Positions 17,339 through 24,999 of a DNA stretch of 39,934 nt are shown here, piece by piece (position 1 is the stretch's first letter; the number at the start of each line of letters is the position of its first letter). This DNA comes from Nitrospirota bacterium (GTDB lineage Bacteria; Nitrospirota; JACRHJ01): NCBI GenBank assembly GCA_021785055.1, contig JAJYGS010000024.1:1-39934 (forward strand), read 5' to 3'. A model generated the notes under the pieces. It worked only from the letters and a program-made list of their open reading frames with translations. It ran no database searches and was not told where the DNA came from. The translations under genes were made by a program, and so were the position numbers.

Positions 17339-17779
17339 TCAAGACGGCCTTATTAACAAGACGGCGCAATGAGATTTTCTGGACACGGATTCGGCCACGC
17401 TGCCCAGGAGAAGGCGGTTAAGCCCCCTTCTGCCGTGCGTGCCCATGACAATCAGGTCCGCCCCCCGCTCGTGCGCAATCCTGAGAATCTCGTCGGGCAC
17501 GTTCCCCTCGGCTATGATTATTCCCGGCTCAACACCCATCGCCGCCGCAGTCCCCTTAAGCGAAGCCATGAGCTTCTCCGCCTGTTCCATGAGGCTCTCG
17601 CGCATCGCGTCCACGTTCGCCATTGCCGATTCCGCTCCGGGAGCGGTCAGAATGGCAGTGTCCACGGCGTAAAGGAGCGTCACCTTCGAGCCGAGCCTGG
17701 ACGCAAGCTCGAAACCCTGCCGGGCCGCGCTGTTGGATACCTCGCTCCCGTCCACCGGGATTAAAATATTTTCATACAT
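17339..17779 (-). CDS. Universal stress protein (UspA family)
   Basis: 146 aa. ILIPVDGS..., DLIVMGTHGRRGLNRLLLGSVAE ATP-binding motif G-2x-G-9x-G(S/T). Confidence 0.85.
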   Translation of the reverse strand: MYENILIPVDGSEVSNSAARQGFELASRLGSKVTLLYAVDTAILTAPGAESAMANVDAMRESLMEQAEKLMASLKGTAAAMGVEPGIIIAEGNVPDEILRIAHERGADLIVMGTHGRRGLNRLLLGSVAESVSRKSHCAVLLIRPS

Positions 17780-17785
17780 AGTAAA

Positions 17786-17814
17786 TTTATATCAGAGAGG
17801 CGGGAAGCAGTCAA
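17786..17814 (-). promoter_or_regulatory. Predicted sigma70 promoter (TTGACT-17-TATAAA) placing the TSS at or next to the usp ATG
   Basis: Minus-strand TTGACT (17809-17814), 17-nt spacer, TATAAA (17786-17791). Only 6 nt (TTTACT) separate the -10 from the ATG at 17779, and there is no SD. Confidence 0.45.
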
Positions 17815-17878
17815 AGGAAAAACAGAGTGCCGGCAAGTTACCCTGATCAAGGGAAAATGCTCAAATAAGCCGGATAAG

Positions 17879-17908
17879 GTGGATTCCTCGACTTCGCTCG
17901 GAATGACA
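17879..17908 (-). repeat. Dispersed GTCATTCCGAG-N5-TCGAGGAATCCAC repeat, copy 2
   Basis: Minus strand TGTCATTCCGAGCGAAGTCGAGGAATCCAC. It lies between the rodZ stop and the usp promoter. Confidence 0.8.
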
Positions 17909-17963
17909 CTCCTGACTGTTGTTATGAGACGGGGGGTTGCAGGACTATAGGAAAACGGCTTTA

Positions 17964-18815
17964 TTATTTACGGGACGCGCCATGTTTTGCGCCGGTGAAA
18001 AGAAGGTCCCTGACGACCTCGGCATGTTTGCCGAACGGCTCCATCTTTTTGCCGTTAAGCTCCGCGCGCACTCCGCCCGCGTTTCCGAGCGTCAGGACTA
18101 TCCGGTTATTAGCCTTAATAACCCTGGTCTTCCCTTTTTTCAGTATTCCGCTCATCCCGATTGTATTGTCGGCCCTGTAGGAGTAGTAGCTGTCCTCGAC
18201 AGCGAAAAGCTTGAGCGTGAGCGGGCCGGTCGCCTGAAAGGGTTTCTGAACGGGATGGGAAACGGTCGTGCGGTTTTTGAAGGACGTTACGGCCTTCATT
18301 ACCGGGGCGGGGGGCTTCTGCACCACAGGCGCCGGAGCCTGGTGAACGGGCGGCGCGGGGAGCTTCGGAACCTGGGTCTTCACGGGCCTTTTCGGGAAGA
18401 ACAGGAGGGTTATTCCGACAAGGGCCGCGCCTATGACAAGTCCCGCAATGACAATAAGATATACCGGGTGTTTTTTCCCCGCCGGTTTTTCCGGCTGGCG
18501 TCTTCTGCGGGATATGCTTATAAGCGAGGGCTTGGGGCGATGCTGGACTTCCTGGTCTTCCGGCGCCGGCGTCTCCCTCGGCGGGAGATTCAGCTCCCTG
18601 TAGCGCGTCAGTATATCCTTGACGTTCAGGCCCAGTTCCCTGGAATACGTCTTCAGGAAACCGGACACGAAGACGCCGCCGGGAATAACCGAGTAGTCGT
18701 CGTCCTCCAGGGCCTTGAGGAATGTATGGCTTATCCTCGTCTTCTCGGCTATTTCGGTAAGGGAAAGCCCCTTTTTCTCCCTTGCCGCCTTTAGTTCTTC
18801 ACCGATGGTGGGCAT
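17964..18815 (-). CDS. rodZ: RodZ-like cytoskeleton protein (HTH + TM + DUF4115)
   Basis: 283 aa. N-terminal HTH LKAAREKKGLSLTEIAEKTRISHTFLKALEDDDY, Pro-rich linker, a single TM, and a C-terminal beta domain. Confidence 0.7.
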   Translation of the reverse strand: MPTIGEELKAAREKKGLSLTEIAEKTRISHTFLKALEDDDYSVIPGGVFVSGFLKTYSRELGLNVKDILTRYRELNLPPRETPAPEDQEVQHRPKPSLISISRRRRQPEKPAGKKHPVYLIVIAGLVIGAALVGITLLFFPKRPVKTQVPKLPAPPVHQAPAPVVQKPPAPVMKAVTSFKNRTTVSHPVQKPFQATGPLTLKLFAVEDSYYSYRADNTIGMSGILKKGKTRVIKANNRIVLTLGNAGGVRAELNGKKMEPFGKHAEVVRDLLFTGAKHGASRK

Positions 18816-18848
18816 TTGCCTCTCGACAGCTTGAAATGAATTGTTTTT

Positions 18849-19760
18849 TCATGCTATGTCCTCGAAAAACGTAATCTTCCTAAACTCGCGGTAGCGCCCT
18901 TCTATTTCCTTGTAGTCGAGGCTTTTCATTCCGTTTAAGCTGAAGTCCTCGACGTTGAACGACGCCATGACGCTCCCGAAGATTATCGCCTGACGAAGCG
19001 ACGCCTCGTCGAAATTCTGCACGTTGTCCAAATATCCCATGAACCCGCCCGCGAAGCTGTCCCCCGCGCCGGTCGGGTCGAACACGGCCTCAAGAGGGTA
19101 TGCCGGGGCTGAGAATATCCCGCCTGAATTGAACATCACGGAGCCGTACTCGCCCCGCTTGACGATAAGCGTACCAGGCCCCATCGCCTGGATTACGCGC
19201 GCGGCCTTGACGAGGTTCGGCTCTCCGGCGAGTTCTCTCGCCTCGGCCTCGTTTATCAGCAGTATGTCCACCTCCGCCAGCGTCTTTACAAGCTCGTCCT
19301 TTTTCCCGCCTATCCAGAAGTTCATGGTATCGCAGGCGACGAGCTTCGGCCTGTTTATCTGGTGCAGGACTTCTCTCTGGAGGACTGGGTCGATATTGGC
19401 CAGGAACACGACGTCGGAGGCTCTGTATGCGTCCGGAATCCGCGGCTTGAAGCTCTCGAAGACATTGAGCTGCGTGTCGAGCGTTTTCGCCTCGTTCAAG
19501 TCGTATCCGTACTCGCCCTTCCACCTGAATGTTCGACCCTCGGATTTCTGGAGACCCGACACGTCGATATTCCGGCTCTTCAGGAACTGGACGTGCTTGT
19601 CGGGAAAATCGTCCCCGACGACCGCGACGAGCTTCACGTCCGTGAAGTAGCTTGCCGCCGTGGAGAAATATGTCGCCGAGCCTCCCAGGACTTCGTCCGC
19701 CGTCCCGAAAGGCGTCTTCACGCTGTCGAACGCAATGGAACCCACAACCAGCAAGCTCAA
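18849..19760 (-). CDS. PfkB-family carbohydrate/nucleoside kinase
   Basis: 303 aa. GG..N N-terminal motif region and C-terminal DPTGAGDSFAGGF signature. TTG start with GGAGGTG SD. Confidence 0.8.
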   Translation of the reverse strand: MSLLVVGSIAFDSVKTPFGTADEVLGGSATYFSTAASYFTDVKLVAVVGDDFPDKHVQFLKSRNIDVSGLQKSEGRTFRWKGEYGYDLNEAKTLDTQLNVFESFKPRIPDAYRASDVVFLANIDPVLQREVLHQINRPKLVACDTMNFWIGGKKDELVKTLAEVDILLINEAEARELAGEPNLVKAARVIQAMGPGTLIVKRGEYGSVMFNSGGIFSAPAYPLEAVFDPTGAGDSFAGGFMGYLDNVQNFDEASLRQAIIFGSVMASFNVEDFSLNGMKSLDYKEIEGRYREFRKITFFEDIA

Positions 19761-19763
19761 TCG

Positions 19764-20636
19764 TTACACCTCCTGCCCGACGTATTTCCCGATGATTGCG
19801 TCGAGTTTCCTTTTGGTTTCCTCCGGTATAATATCCGGCGGGGTCATAATGGCGTATTTAAGAGACTCGGAGCACGCGCACGAGCGCGAGACGGGCAGGG
19901 CCTCCACGGCAATCTGGATAATCTTTTTGGCCGTCTCCACGTTCTTTCTGAGGATGGCGATTACGGCCTCGATTGTCACGTCCTCCTCGGTCTCGTGCCA
20001 GCAGTCGTAGTCCGTCGCAAGCGCAAGCGTCGCATAGCATATCTCCGCCTCGCGCGCAAGCTTCGCCTCGGTCACGTTAGTCATGCCGATTACGTCCACT
20101 CCCCAGCCGCGGTATATCCTTGATTCGCCCCTCGTGGAGAACTGCGGGCCTTCCATGCAGATATACGTCCCGCCCTTGTGCATCGTCGCCCCGGCCTTTA
20201 TGCCCGCGTCGTAAAGCGCGCCCGCAAGCTCCGGACAGACAGGGTCGGCAAACCCGACGTGCGCGACAACCCCGCCGCCGAAGAACGTGCTGGCGCGGTT
20301 CTTAGTCTGGTCGTAGAACTGGTCCGGGACGACAATCTCGCCGGGCCGTATCTCCTCTTTCATGCTCCCGACCGCCGAGACGGATATTATGCGCTCGACA
20401 CCGAGTTTCTTCATGGCGTAGATGTTCGCGCGGTAGTTTATCTCCGACGGCGTAAACCTGTGGCCCCGGCCATGCCGTGGAAGGAACGCCAGCCTTCTGC
20501 CTTCCAGCGTGCCAAGGACGAACTCGTCCGACGGCGCCCCGAAGGGAGTATCCACCCGGACGGACGTGACGTACTTGAGGCCCTCCATGTCGTAGAGACC
20601 GCTTCCGCCTATGACTCCTATTTCCGCTTCCGACAA
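19764..20636 (-). CDS. mtnP: S-methyl-5'-thioadenosine phosphorylase
   Basis: 290 aa. [10 protein letters not shown]...FLPRHGRGH...SEINYRANI...VSAVGS, the PNP/MTAP family. TTG start with AAGGAG 6 nt upstream. Confidence 0.85.
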   Translation of the reverse strand: MSEAEIGVIGGSGLYDMEGLKYVTSVRVDTPFGAPSDEFVLGTLEGRRLAFLPRHGRGHRFTPSEINYRANIYAMKKLGVERIISVSAVGSMKEEIRPGEIVVPDQFYDQTKNRASTFFGGGVVAHVGFADPVCPELAGALYDAGIKAGATMHKGGTYICMEGPQFSTRGESRIYRGWGVDVIGMTNVTEAKLAREAEICYATLALATDYDCWHETEEDVTIEAVIAILRKNVETAKKIIQIAVEALPVSRSCACSESLKYAIMTPPDIIPEETKRKLDAIIGKYVGQEV

Positions 20637-20656
20637 TGCAAGCTCCTTTTTTTTCT

Positions 20657-20688
20657 CGTCATTCTGAGGCGACAGCCGAAGAATTCGC
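20657..20688 (+). repeat. GTCATTC-family repeat, copy 3 (variant), in mtnP leader
   Basis: CGTCATTCTGAGGCGACAGCCGAAGAATTCGC. Conserved ends GTCATTC.GAG and GAAGAAT. Confidence 0.6.
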
Positions 20689-20704
20689 CTTTATAATGAA
20701 AACT

Positions 20705-20733
20705 GCCGATTCTTCGTTTCACCCGGAATGACA
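20705..20733 (-). repeat. GTCATTC-family repeat, copy 4 (variant), inverted relative to copy 3
   Basis: Minus strand TGTCATTCCGGGTGAAACGAAGAATCGGC. Together with copy 3 it forms a ~77-nt imperfect palindrome. Confidence 0.6.
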
Positions 20734-20764
20734 AATCAAAAGAAAATGCCAATAGAACTAAAGA

Positions 20765-20793
20765 ATTATAAGATACCCGAGGCGGTTTGTAAA
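20765..20793 (-). promoter_or_regulatory. Predicted sigma70 promoter for mtnP-pfkB-rodZ (TTTACA-17-TATAAT)
   Basis: Minus-strand TTTACA (20788-20793), 17-nt spacer, TATAAT (20765-20770). Implies a ~120-nt leader. Confidence 0.5.
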
Positions 20794-20823
20794 GGGATTT
20801 CGGGACATGCGACCGGCGGATTT

Positions 20824-20990
20824 CCCTCACCCCCTGCCCCTTCTCTCAAGGAGCTAATGAACCCTCAACCCCTGCCCCTCTCCCGGAGGGCGAGGGGTCA
20901 AGGTTGTCGTTCCCGTGAAAGTGGGAACCCATCGGTTTTTCTTACCCTCGCCCTTTCACGGGAGATGGTGGCCGAAGGCCGGGTGAGGAT
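20824..20990. repeat. Cluster of GC-rich palindromic (REP-like) elements
   Basis: Direct repeat CCCTCA(C/A)CCCCTGCCCC at 20824-20840 and 20862-20878. Hairpins: CCCCTCTCCC-GGA-GGGCGAGGGG (20875-20897), GTTCCC-N8-GGGAAC (20909-20928), CCTCGCCC...GGGTGAGG (20946-20988) enclosing GGCC-GAA-GGCC. Confidence 0.7.
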
Positions 20991-21033
20991 TCGCCCTTGT
21001 CCGCCATTCTGATCCCCGCCGAAGAAGCCACAG

Positions 21034-21062
21034 TTGACCTTAAAGGCTTCGGTAATTACGAT
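21034..21062 (+). promoter_or_regulatory. Candidate orphan sigma70 promoter on + strand (TTGACC-17-TACGAT), no annotated gene downstream
   Basis: TTGACC 21034-21039, 17-nt spacer, TACGAT 21057-21062. All flanking genes are on the - strand. Confidence 0.35.
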
Positions 21063-21199
21063 GCTATTTGCTAATATTGTTGGCCTGAACGACAATAGCA
21101 AACCTCATCAGTCGGGAAAGTTCATTGTCAATAGCATTTCCGGATTGTTCCCGGAACCTACTGATTGTTCGAGTAAAAACTGTAAAAATCACTAATTTT

Positions 21200-21252
21200 C
21201 CCCCGGTATCGAAAACGGCTCAAAAATGACCCGTTTTCGGGCAATTTCGGGG
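21200..21252. other. Compound hairpin 3' of the NUDIX gene (possible weak terminator or structured element)
   Basis: CGAAAACGG-N12-CCGTTTTCG perfect 9-bp stem (21210-21239), flanked by CCCCG/CGGGG outer pairing. No adjacent U-run on either strand. Confidence 0.35.
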
Positions 21253-21288
21253 CAAAAAGGGGGTGCGGGGAAGGGTGTTTTTAAAGGG

Positions 21289-21696
21289 TTAATACCGCCT
21301 GGAGAAGTAGTCTTGCAGTATCAGGGAATGATCGAAACATACGGGCGAAGGAAGGTTGTTTTTATCAAATATTCCAATGCCTTTTGCATCGTCGCCAGCC
21401 TTCGGGACGCCATCCGCCCCGGCGATAAACACGGTGGAAATCGTATGAAAACGGGGGTCCCTTTCCGGGTCGGAATATGTATGGAATTGCCTTATTAATT
21501 CAACGCTTAGGCCCGTCTCTTCCCTGGCCTCACGGACGGCGGCGGCCTCCGCGCTCTCTCCGTAGTCTATGAACCCGCCGGGAATCGCCCATCCATGCGG
21601 GGCGTTTTTTCTTTCTATCAGCACGATCCCGGAGCGAATTTCTATTATTATATCTACAGTTGGGAGCGGGTTTCTCCCGGCTTTCTCACCAGGCAT
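21289..21696 (-). CDS. NUDIX hydrolase
   Basis: Nudix box [25 protein letters not shown] chose the start at the ATG 21696, which shares 1 nt with the hfq stop (TGATG). The ORF track's 21711 is also possible. Confidence 0.8.
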   Translation of the reverse strand: MPGEKAGRNPLPTVDIIIEIRSGIVLIERKNAPHGWAIPGGFIDYGESAEAAAVREAREETGLSVELIRQFHTYSDPERDPRFHTISTVFIAGADGVPKAGDDAKGIGIFDKNNLPSPVCFDHSLILQDYFSRRY

Positions 21697-22022
21697 CAGC
21701 CTTCCACCCAAGGCTCGGAAGGCTCCTCCGGGGCCGTGGCCTGGGTCTCCGGGGACGGGATTTCCCTTGCCTCCCCCGGCTCCGCTTCGGAGTGGTTGAC
21801 ATGGCCCGCCAGTTCGACCGCGCGCTCCGGCACGATAGAATTAATTGCGTGCTTGTATATCAGGTGCTGGCCGTCATGCTTGAGTAAAATCACGAAGTTA
21901 TCGAAGCCCTTCACGAGGCCCTCGATCTTGCCTCCCCCGGCGATATTCACGACTACCGGGATCTTCTCTTTGCGAACATGGTTTAAAAATGCGTCTTGCA
22001 GGTTTATCTGGGACCTCGACAT
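21696..22022 (-). CDS. hfq: RNA chaperone Hfq with acidic/Pro-rich C-terminal tail
   Basis: 108 aa. [18 protein letters not shown]...[27 protein letters not shown] (Sm1/Sm2 motifs). Classic miaA-hfq synteny. Confidence 0.9.
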   Translation of the reverse strand: MSRSQINLQDAFLNHVRKEKIPVVVNIAGGGKIEGLVKGFDNFVILLKHDGQHLIYKHAINSIVPERAVELAGHVNHSEAEPGEAREIPSPETQATAPEEPSEPWVEG

Positions 22023-22074
22023 GGCTCTCCCTTTTCCCGTGTGTTAATACTTTCAGCCGATTAACTTTATAAAG

Positions 22075-23013
22075 CTATCGGAAATTATTGGAAATATCAA
22101 GCGCTTTCTTCACCAAAGCGACAGAAGAGGCAAAATTCTGCCCTGATACGTCAATCCACGCCACGTTTTTCTGCGCATTAAACCACGTAAACTGCCTCTT
22201 GGCGTAACGCCTTGTGTCGCGTTTTATGAGCCGAACCGCCTCATCGAGGCCCAGTTCGCCGTCCAGATGGGCCAGAAGCTGTTTGTATCCAAGGGCCTGC
22301 ATGGAGGGCAGTTCGCGCGTGCAGCCGTTTTCCCTGAGGGTCTTCACCTCCTCTAACAGCCCGTTTTCCATCATATTTTCCACTCGCGTGTCAATCCGGC
22401 GGTACAGCTCCGGACGGGGCATTGCAAGTCCCGCGATTTTATAGTCATACCTGCCGCCTTCGCTCCCTTCGCCGCACCACTGGCGCTGGTTTTCGCTTAT
22501 GGTTTTCCCTGTTTTCTCATACACTTCCAGCGCGCGGATTATGCGCCTCGCGTCCGAGGGATGTATCCTGTCCGCCGCTTTTACGTCCACGTTTTTCAGC
22601 ATCTTATGGAGCGCGCCAGGCTCCTTCAATTCGGTCTCCGCGAGGCCTTCCCGGAGCCTGAAATCCGCGCCCGGCCCCCCGAAAATACCCTCCAGAAGCG
22701 CCCGGACATACATCCCCGTCCCGCCAACTACAAGCGGAATCTTTCCCCGCCGCCCGACGTCTTCTATCGCCTCGTCCGCTAATTGGACGAATCGCCCGGC
22801 GGAGAATTCTTCCTCCGGATCGACGACGTCAATCAAGTGGTGCGGCACGCGCGCGCGCTCGGCGGGAGCAGGCTTAGCCGTCCCTATGTCCATGCCGCGG
22901 TAGACCTGCATGGAGTCTGCGGAGATTATCTCCGCGCCGATTTCCTCCGCGAGGGCGAGCGATATTTCAGTCTTCCCGACGGCTGTCGGTCCGAGGATTA
23001 ATAATAATTCCAT
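22075..23013 (-). CDS. miaA: tRNA dimethylallyltransferase
   Basis: 312 aa. P-loop GPTAVGKT, SADSMQVYRGMDIGTAKP, RQ.TWF near the C-terminus. Confidence 0.9.
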   Translation of the reverse strand: MELLLILGPTAVGKTEISLALAEEIGAEIISADSMQVYRGMDIGTAKPAPAERARVPHHLIDVVDPEEEFSAGRFVQLADEAIEDVGRRGKIPLVVGGTGMYVRALLEGIFGGPGADFRLREGLAETELKEPGALHKMLKNVDVKAADRIHPSDARRIIRALEVYEKTGKTISENQRQWCGEGSEGGRYDYKIAGLAMPRPELYRRIDTRVENMMENGLLEEVKTLRENGCTRELPSMQALGYKQLLAHLDGELGLDEAVRLIKRDTRRYAKRQFTWFNAQKNVAWIDVSGQNFASSVALVKKALDISNNFR

Positions 23014-23076
23014 TAATATAGAAATGGGCGGCGTTGCATTAAACCTTCATGGTATCCTTTTGGAAAATCGCTTCTC

Positions 23077-24366
23077 TCATCCATCGTTTTTCTCCTTCAG
23101 GAATTCCTCTACCGCCTTTAAATCACTTGCCAGCGCGCCCTTGTTTTTCTCTATCGCTTCCAGGGCCGCCTTGCCGAGGGCGGAATACCTCGCCGGGTCG
23201 CGCAGGAGCTTCGCGGCTTCGGTTGCGAGTTCTGCGCCGTCTTTAACTTCTATACCCGCGCCGCAGTCCTTGAGGATGCGGCTGATGTCCCGGAAGTTGT
23301 GCATCACGGGGCCGAAGAAAACGGGCTTGCCGAACGATGCGGGTTCAAGGATGTTGTGCCCGCCGATATTCGCCCAGCTTCCGCCGACGAAGTTTATATC
23401 CCCGACGGCATACGTCCCCGCAAGCTCGCCCATCGTGTCGAGGAGAAGGACGGAGCCTGGCGCAATTAATTGCGCCCCTGCGCTTTTCCTCACGCAATGA
23501 AATCCCGCTCGCCTCACGGCCTCTTCAGCGGCGGCGAAACGCTCCGGGTGCCTTGGAGCGAGCACCACTGCCATGCCGGGGAAATCAATCAAAAGTTGTT
23601 TATATGCCTTAAGCGCTTCGTCCTCCTCGCCCTGATGCGTGCTCCCGGCGATTAAGACCTTCGCGCCGTCCGGGATGCCGAGGGCTGCCCGCGACATGGC
23701 GGGTCTTCCTGCCGCAATCGCCTGGTCGAACTTTATATTGCCCGCGACGGATACCTTCTGCGGCGGCGCGCCGAGCCTGATTATGCGCTGCGCGTCCGCC
23801 TCGCTTTGCATGAGATACCGGCTTACAAGCGGCAGGACGCGGCGGAAGAAAAATCCGAACCGCGAATAGCCTTTGAGCGAGCGCGGCGAGATGCGCCCGT
23901 TGACGATGAGCGACGGGATGCCGGCGTCGTGCAGGGCCTTCAGGAGGTTCGGCCATATCTCCGTCTCCACAACGATAAAAAGATCCGGGGACATCTGCCC
24001 GATTACGCGCCGGACGACACAGCCGAAATCGAACGGGAAGAAAAAAATCTTCGCGTTGTCTCCAAGCTTCTCTCGCGCTACCTTGTTCCCCGTTTCGGTT
24101 ACGGTGGAGAAATAAATCTCGACATCCGGCATCTTCTCCTTCAGCGCGAGGACGAGCGGGACTGCGGCCAGCGTCTCTCCGACGGACACCGCATGGAACC
24201 AGGCGCGGCCTCCTTTTTTTTCAGTGAAGAACCCCGGCCTGAAGAAGCCGAACCGCTCCCTGAGGCCCAGCCTCCTCTTCCCCTTCGCCATGTGCGAGAG
24301 CGCCATGAACGGGAAATATAACGGCGCAACGGCGTAGAGCAGTATGTCGTAGAGTTTAAATATCAT
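23077..24366 (-). CDS. waaA: 3-deoxy-D-manno-octulosonic acid (Kdo) transferase
   Basis: The N-terminus MIFKLYDILLYAVAPLYFP...GLRERFG...WFHAVSVGE is typical of WaaA/KdtA. I trimmed the start to the ATG at 24366; the ORF-track extension to 24456 overlaps the upstream gene out of frame. Confidence 0.85.
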   Translation of the reverse strand: MIFKLYDILLYAVAPLYFPFMALSHMAKGKRRLGLRERFGFFRPGFFTEKKGGRAWFHAVSVGETLAAVPLVLALKEKMPDVEIYFSTVTETGNKVAREKLGDNAKIFFFPFDFGCVVRRVIGQMSPDLFIVVETEIWPNLLKALHDAGIPSLIVNGRISPRSLKGYSRFGFFFRRVLPLVSRYLMQSEADAQRIIRLGAPPQKVSVAGNIKFDQAIAAGRPAMSRAALGIPDGAKVLIAGSTHQGEEDEALKAYKQLLIDFPGMAVVLAPRHPERFAAAEEAVRRAGFHCVRKSAGAQLIAPGSVLLLDTMGELAGTYAVGDINFVGGSWANIGGHNILEPASFGKPVFFGPVMHNFRDISRILKDCGAGIEVKDGAELATEAAKLLRDPARYSALGKAALEAIEKNKGALASDLKAVEEFLKEKNDG

Positions 24367-24999
24367 TCCACCGGTTGTCCGCTTTCTCCGTAAGCTCGCG
24401 CATTCGCGCTTCAAGCTCCCTGCGCAGGTTTTCCATGGCATCCCTGTCGGCGTCACGCGGGACGGACAGAGGCTCTCCGTAGATAAACACGGCCTTTGTG
24501 AACGGATAAGGGATAATGAATCTATCCCAGGATTTCAGAGTTTTTTTTTGCGCGCGGAATATGTGATGGGACATATCGGGAGACCGGTCGCCTTTGCCGC
24601 CTGGATGACTCCGGGCTGGACGACATACCGGGGGCCTCTGGGGCCGTCGGGGGTAAATGCAGGACAAAAACCTTCGCGGGAAAGTTTTATAAGTTCCTTC
24701 AGCGCGCCGACGCCGCCTCTTGTCGTGGAGCCGCGGGACGACGATATGCCGAAATGTTTTACCACCCTTGCGATAAGCTCGCCGTCGCTGTGTCTGCTGA
24801 CCATCACGGAAACCGGGCGGGAAAGTTTCATAAACGGCATCATCAGGATCCTTCCATGCCAGAATGAGAATATAATATGCGCGTCGCCAGGCGGACGGTT
24901 TATAATCTCTACCCGAAGGGTCCGCCGCAGAGCCCTCAGCAGAAAGGCCCCAAGAGGCGGGACGACGAATATAAATATTTTTTTAAGGTATTTCCGCAT
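24356..24999 (-). pseudogene. DUF374 (lysophospholipid-acyltransferase-like, Kdo-transferase-associated) gene split by a frameshift at an A9 run
   Basis: The N-part (24535-24999) ends ...ITYSARKKKL*. The C-part continues in the -1 frame as ...KKTLKSWDRFIIPYPF...YGEPLSVP (to 24356). The junction is the homopolymer at 24541-24549. One extra A would give a single ~213-aa ORF. Confidence 0.75.

Noticed and set aside
17937-18794. 285-aa + strand ORF antisense to rodZ
   Set aside because: Same reasoning. It mirrors rodZ, has an Arg/Gly-rich composition, no recognisable domain and no SD.
20728-21012. 94-aa ORF in the large intergenic region (and minus-strand ORFs 20618-20830, 20898-21101)
   Set aside because: The sequence is simply the translation of the palindromic repeat cluster (PLPLSRRARGQG, LTLALSRE). 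There is no SD, and the ORF overlaps the predicted mtnP promoter.
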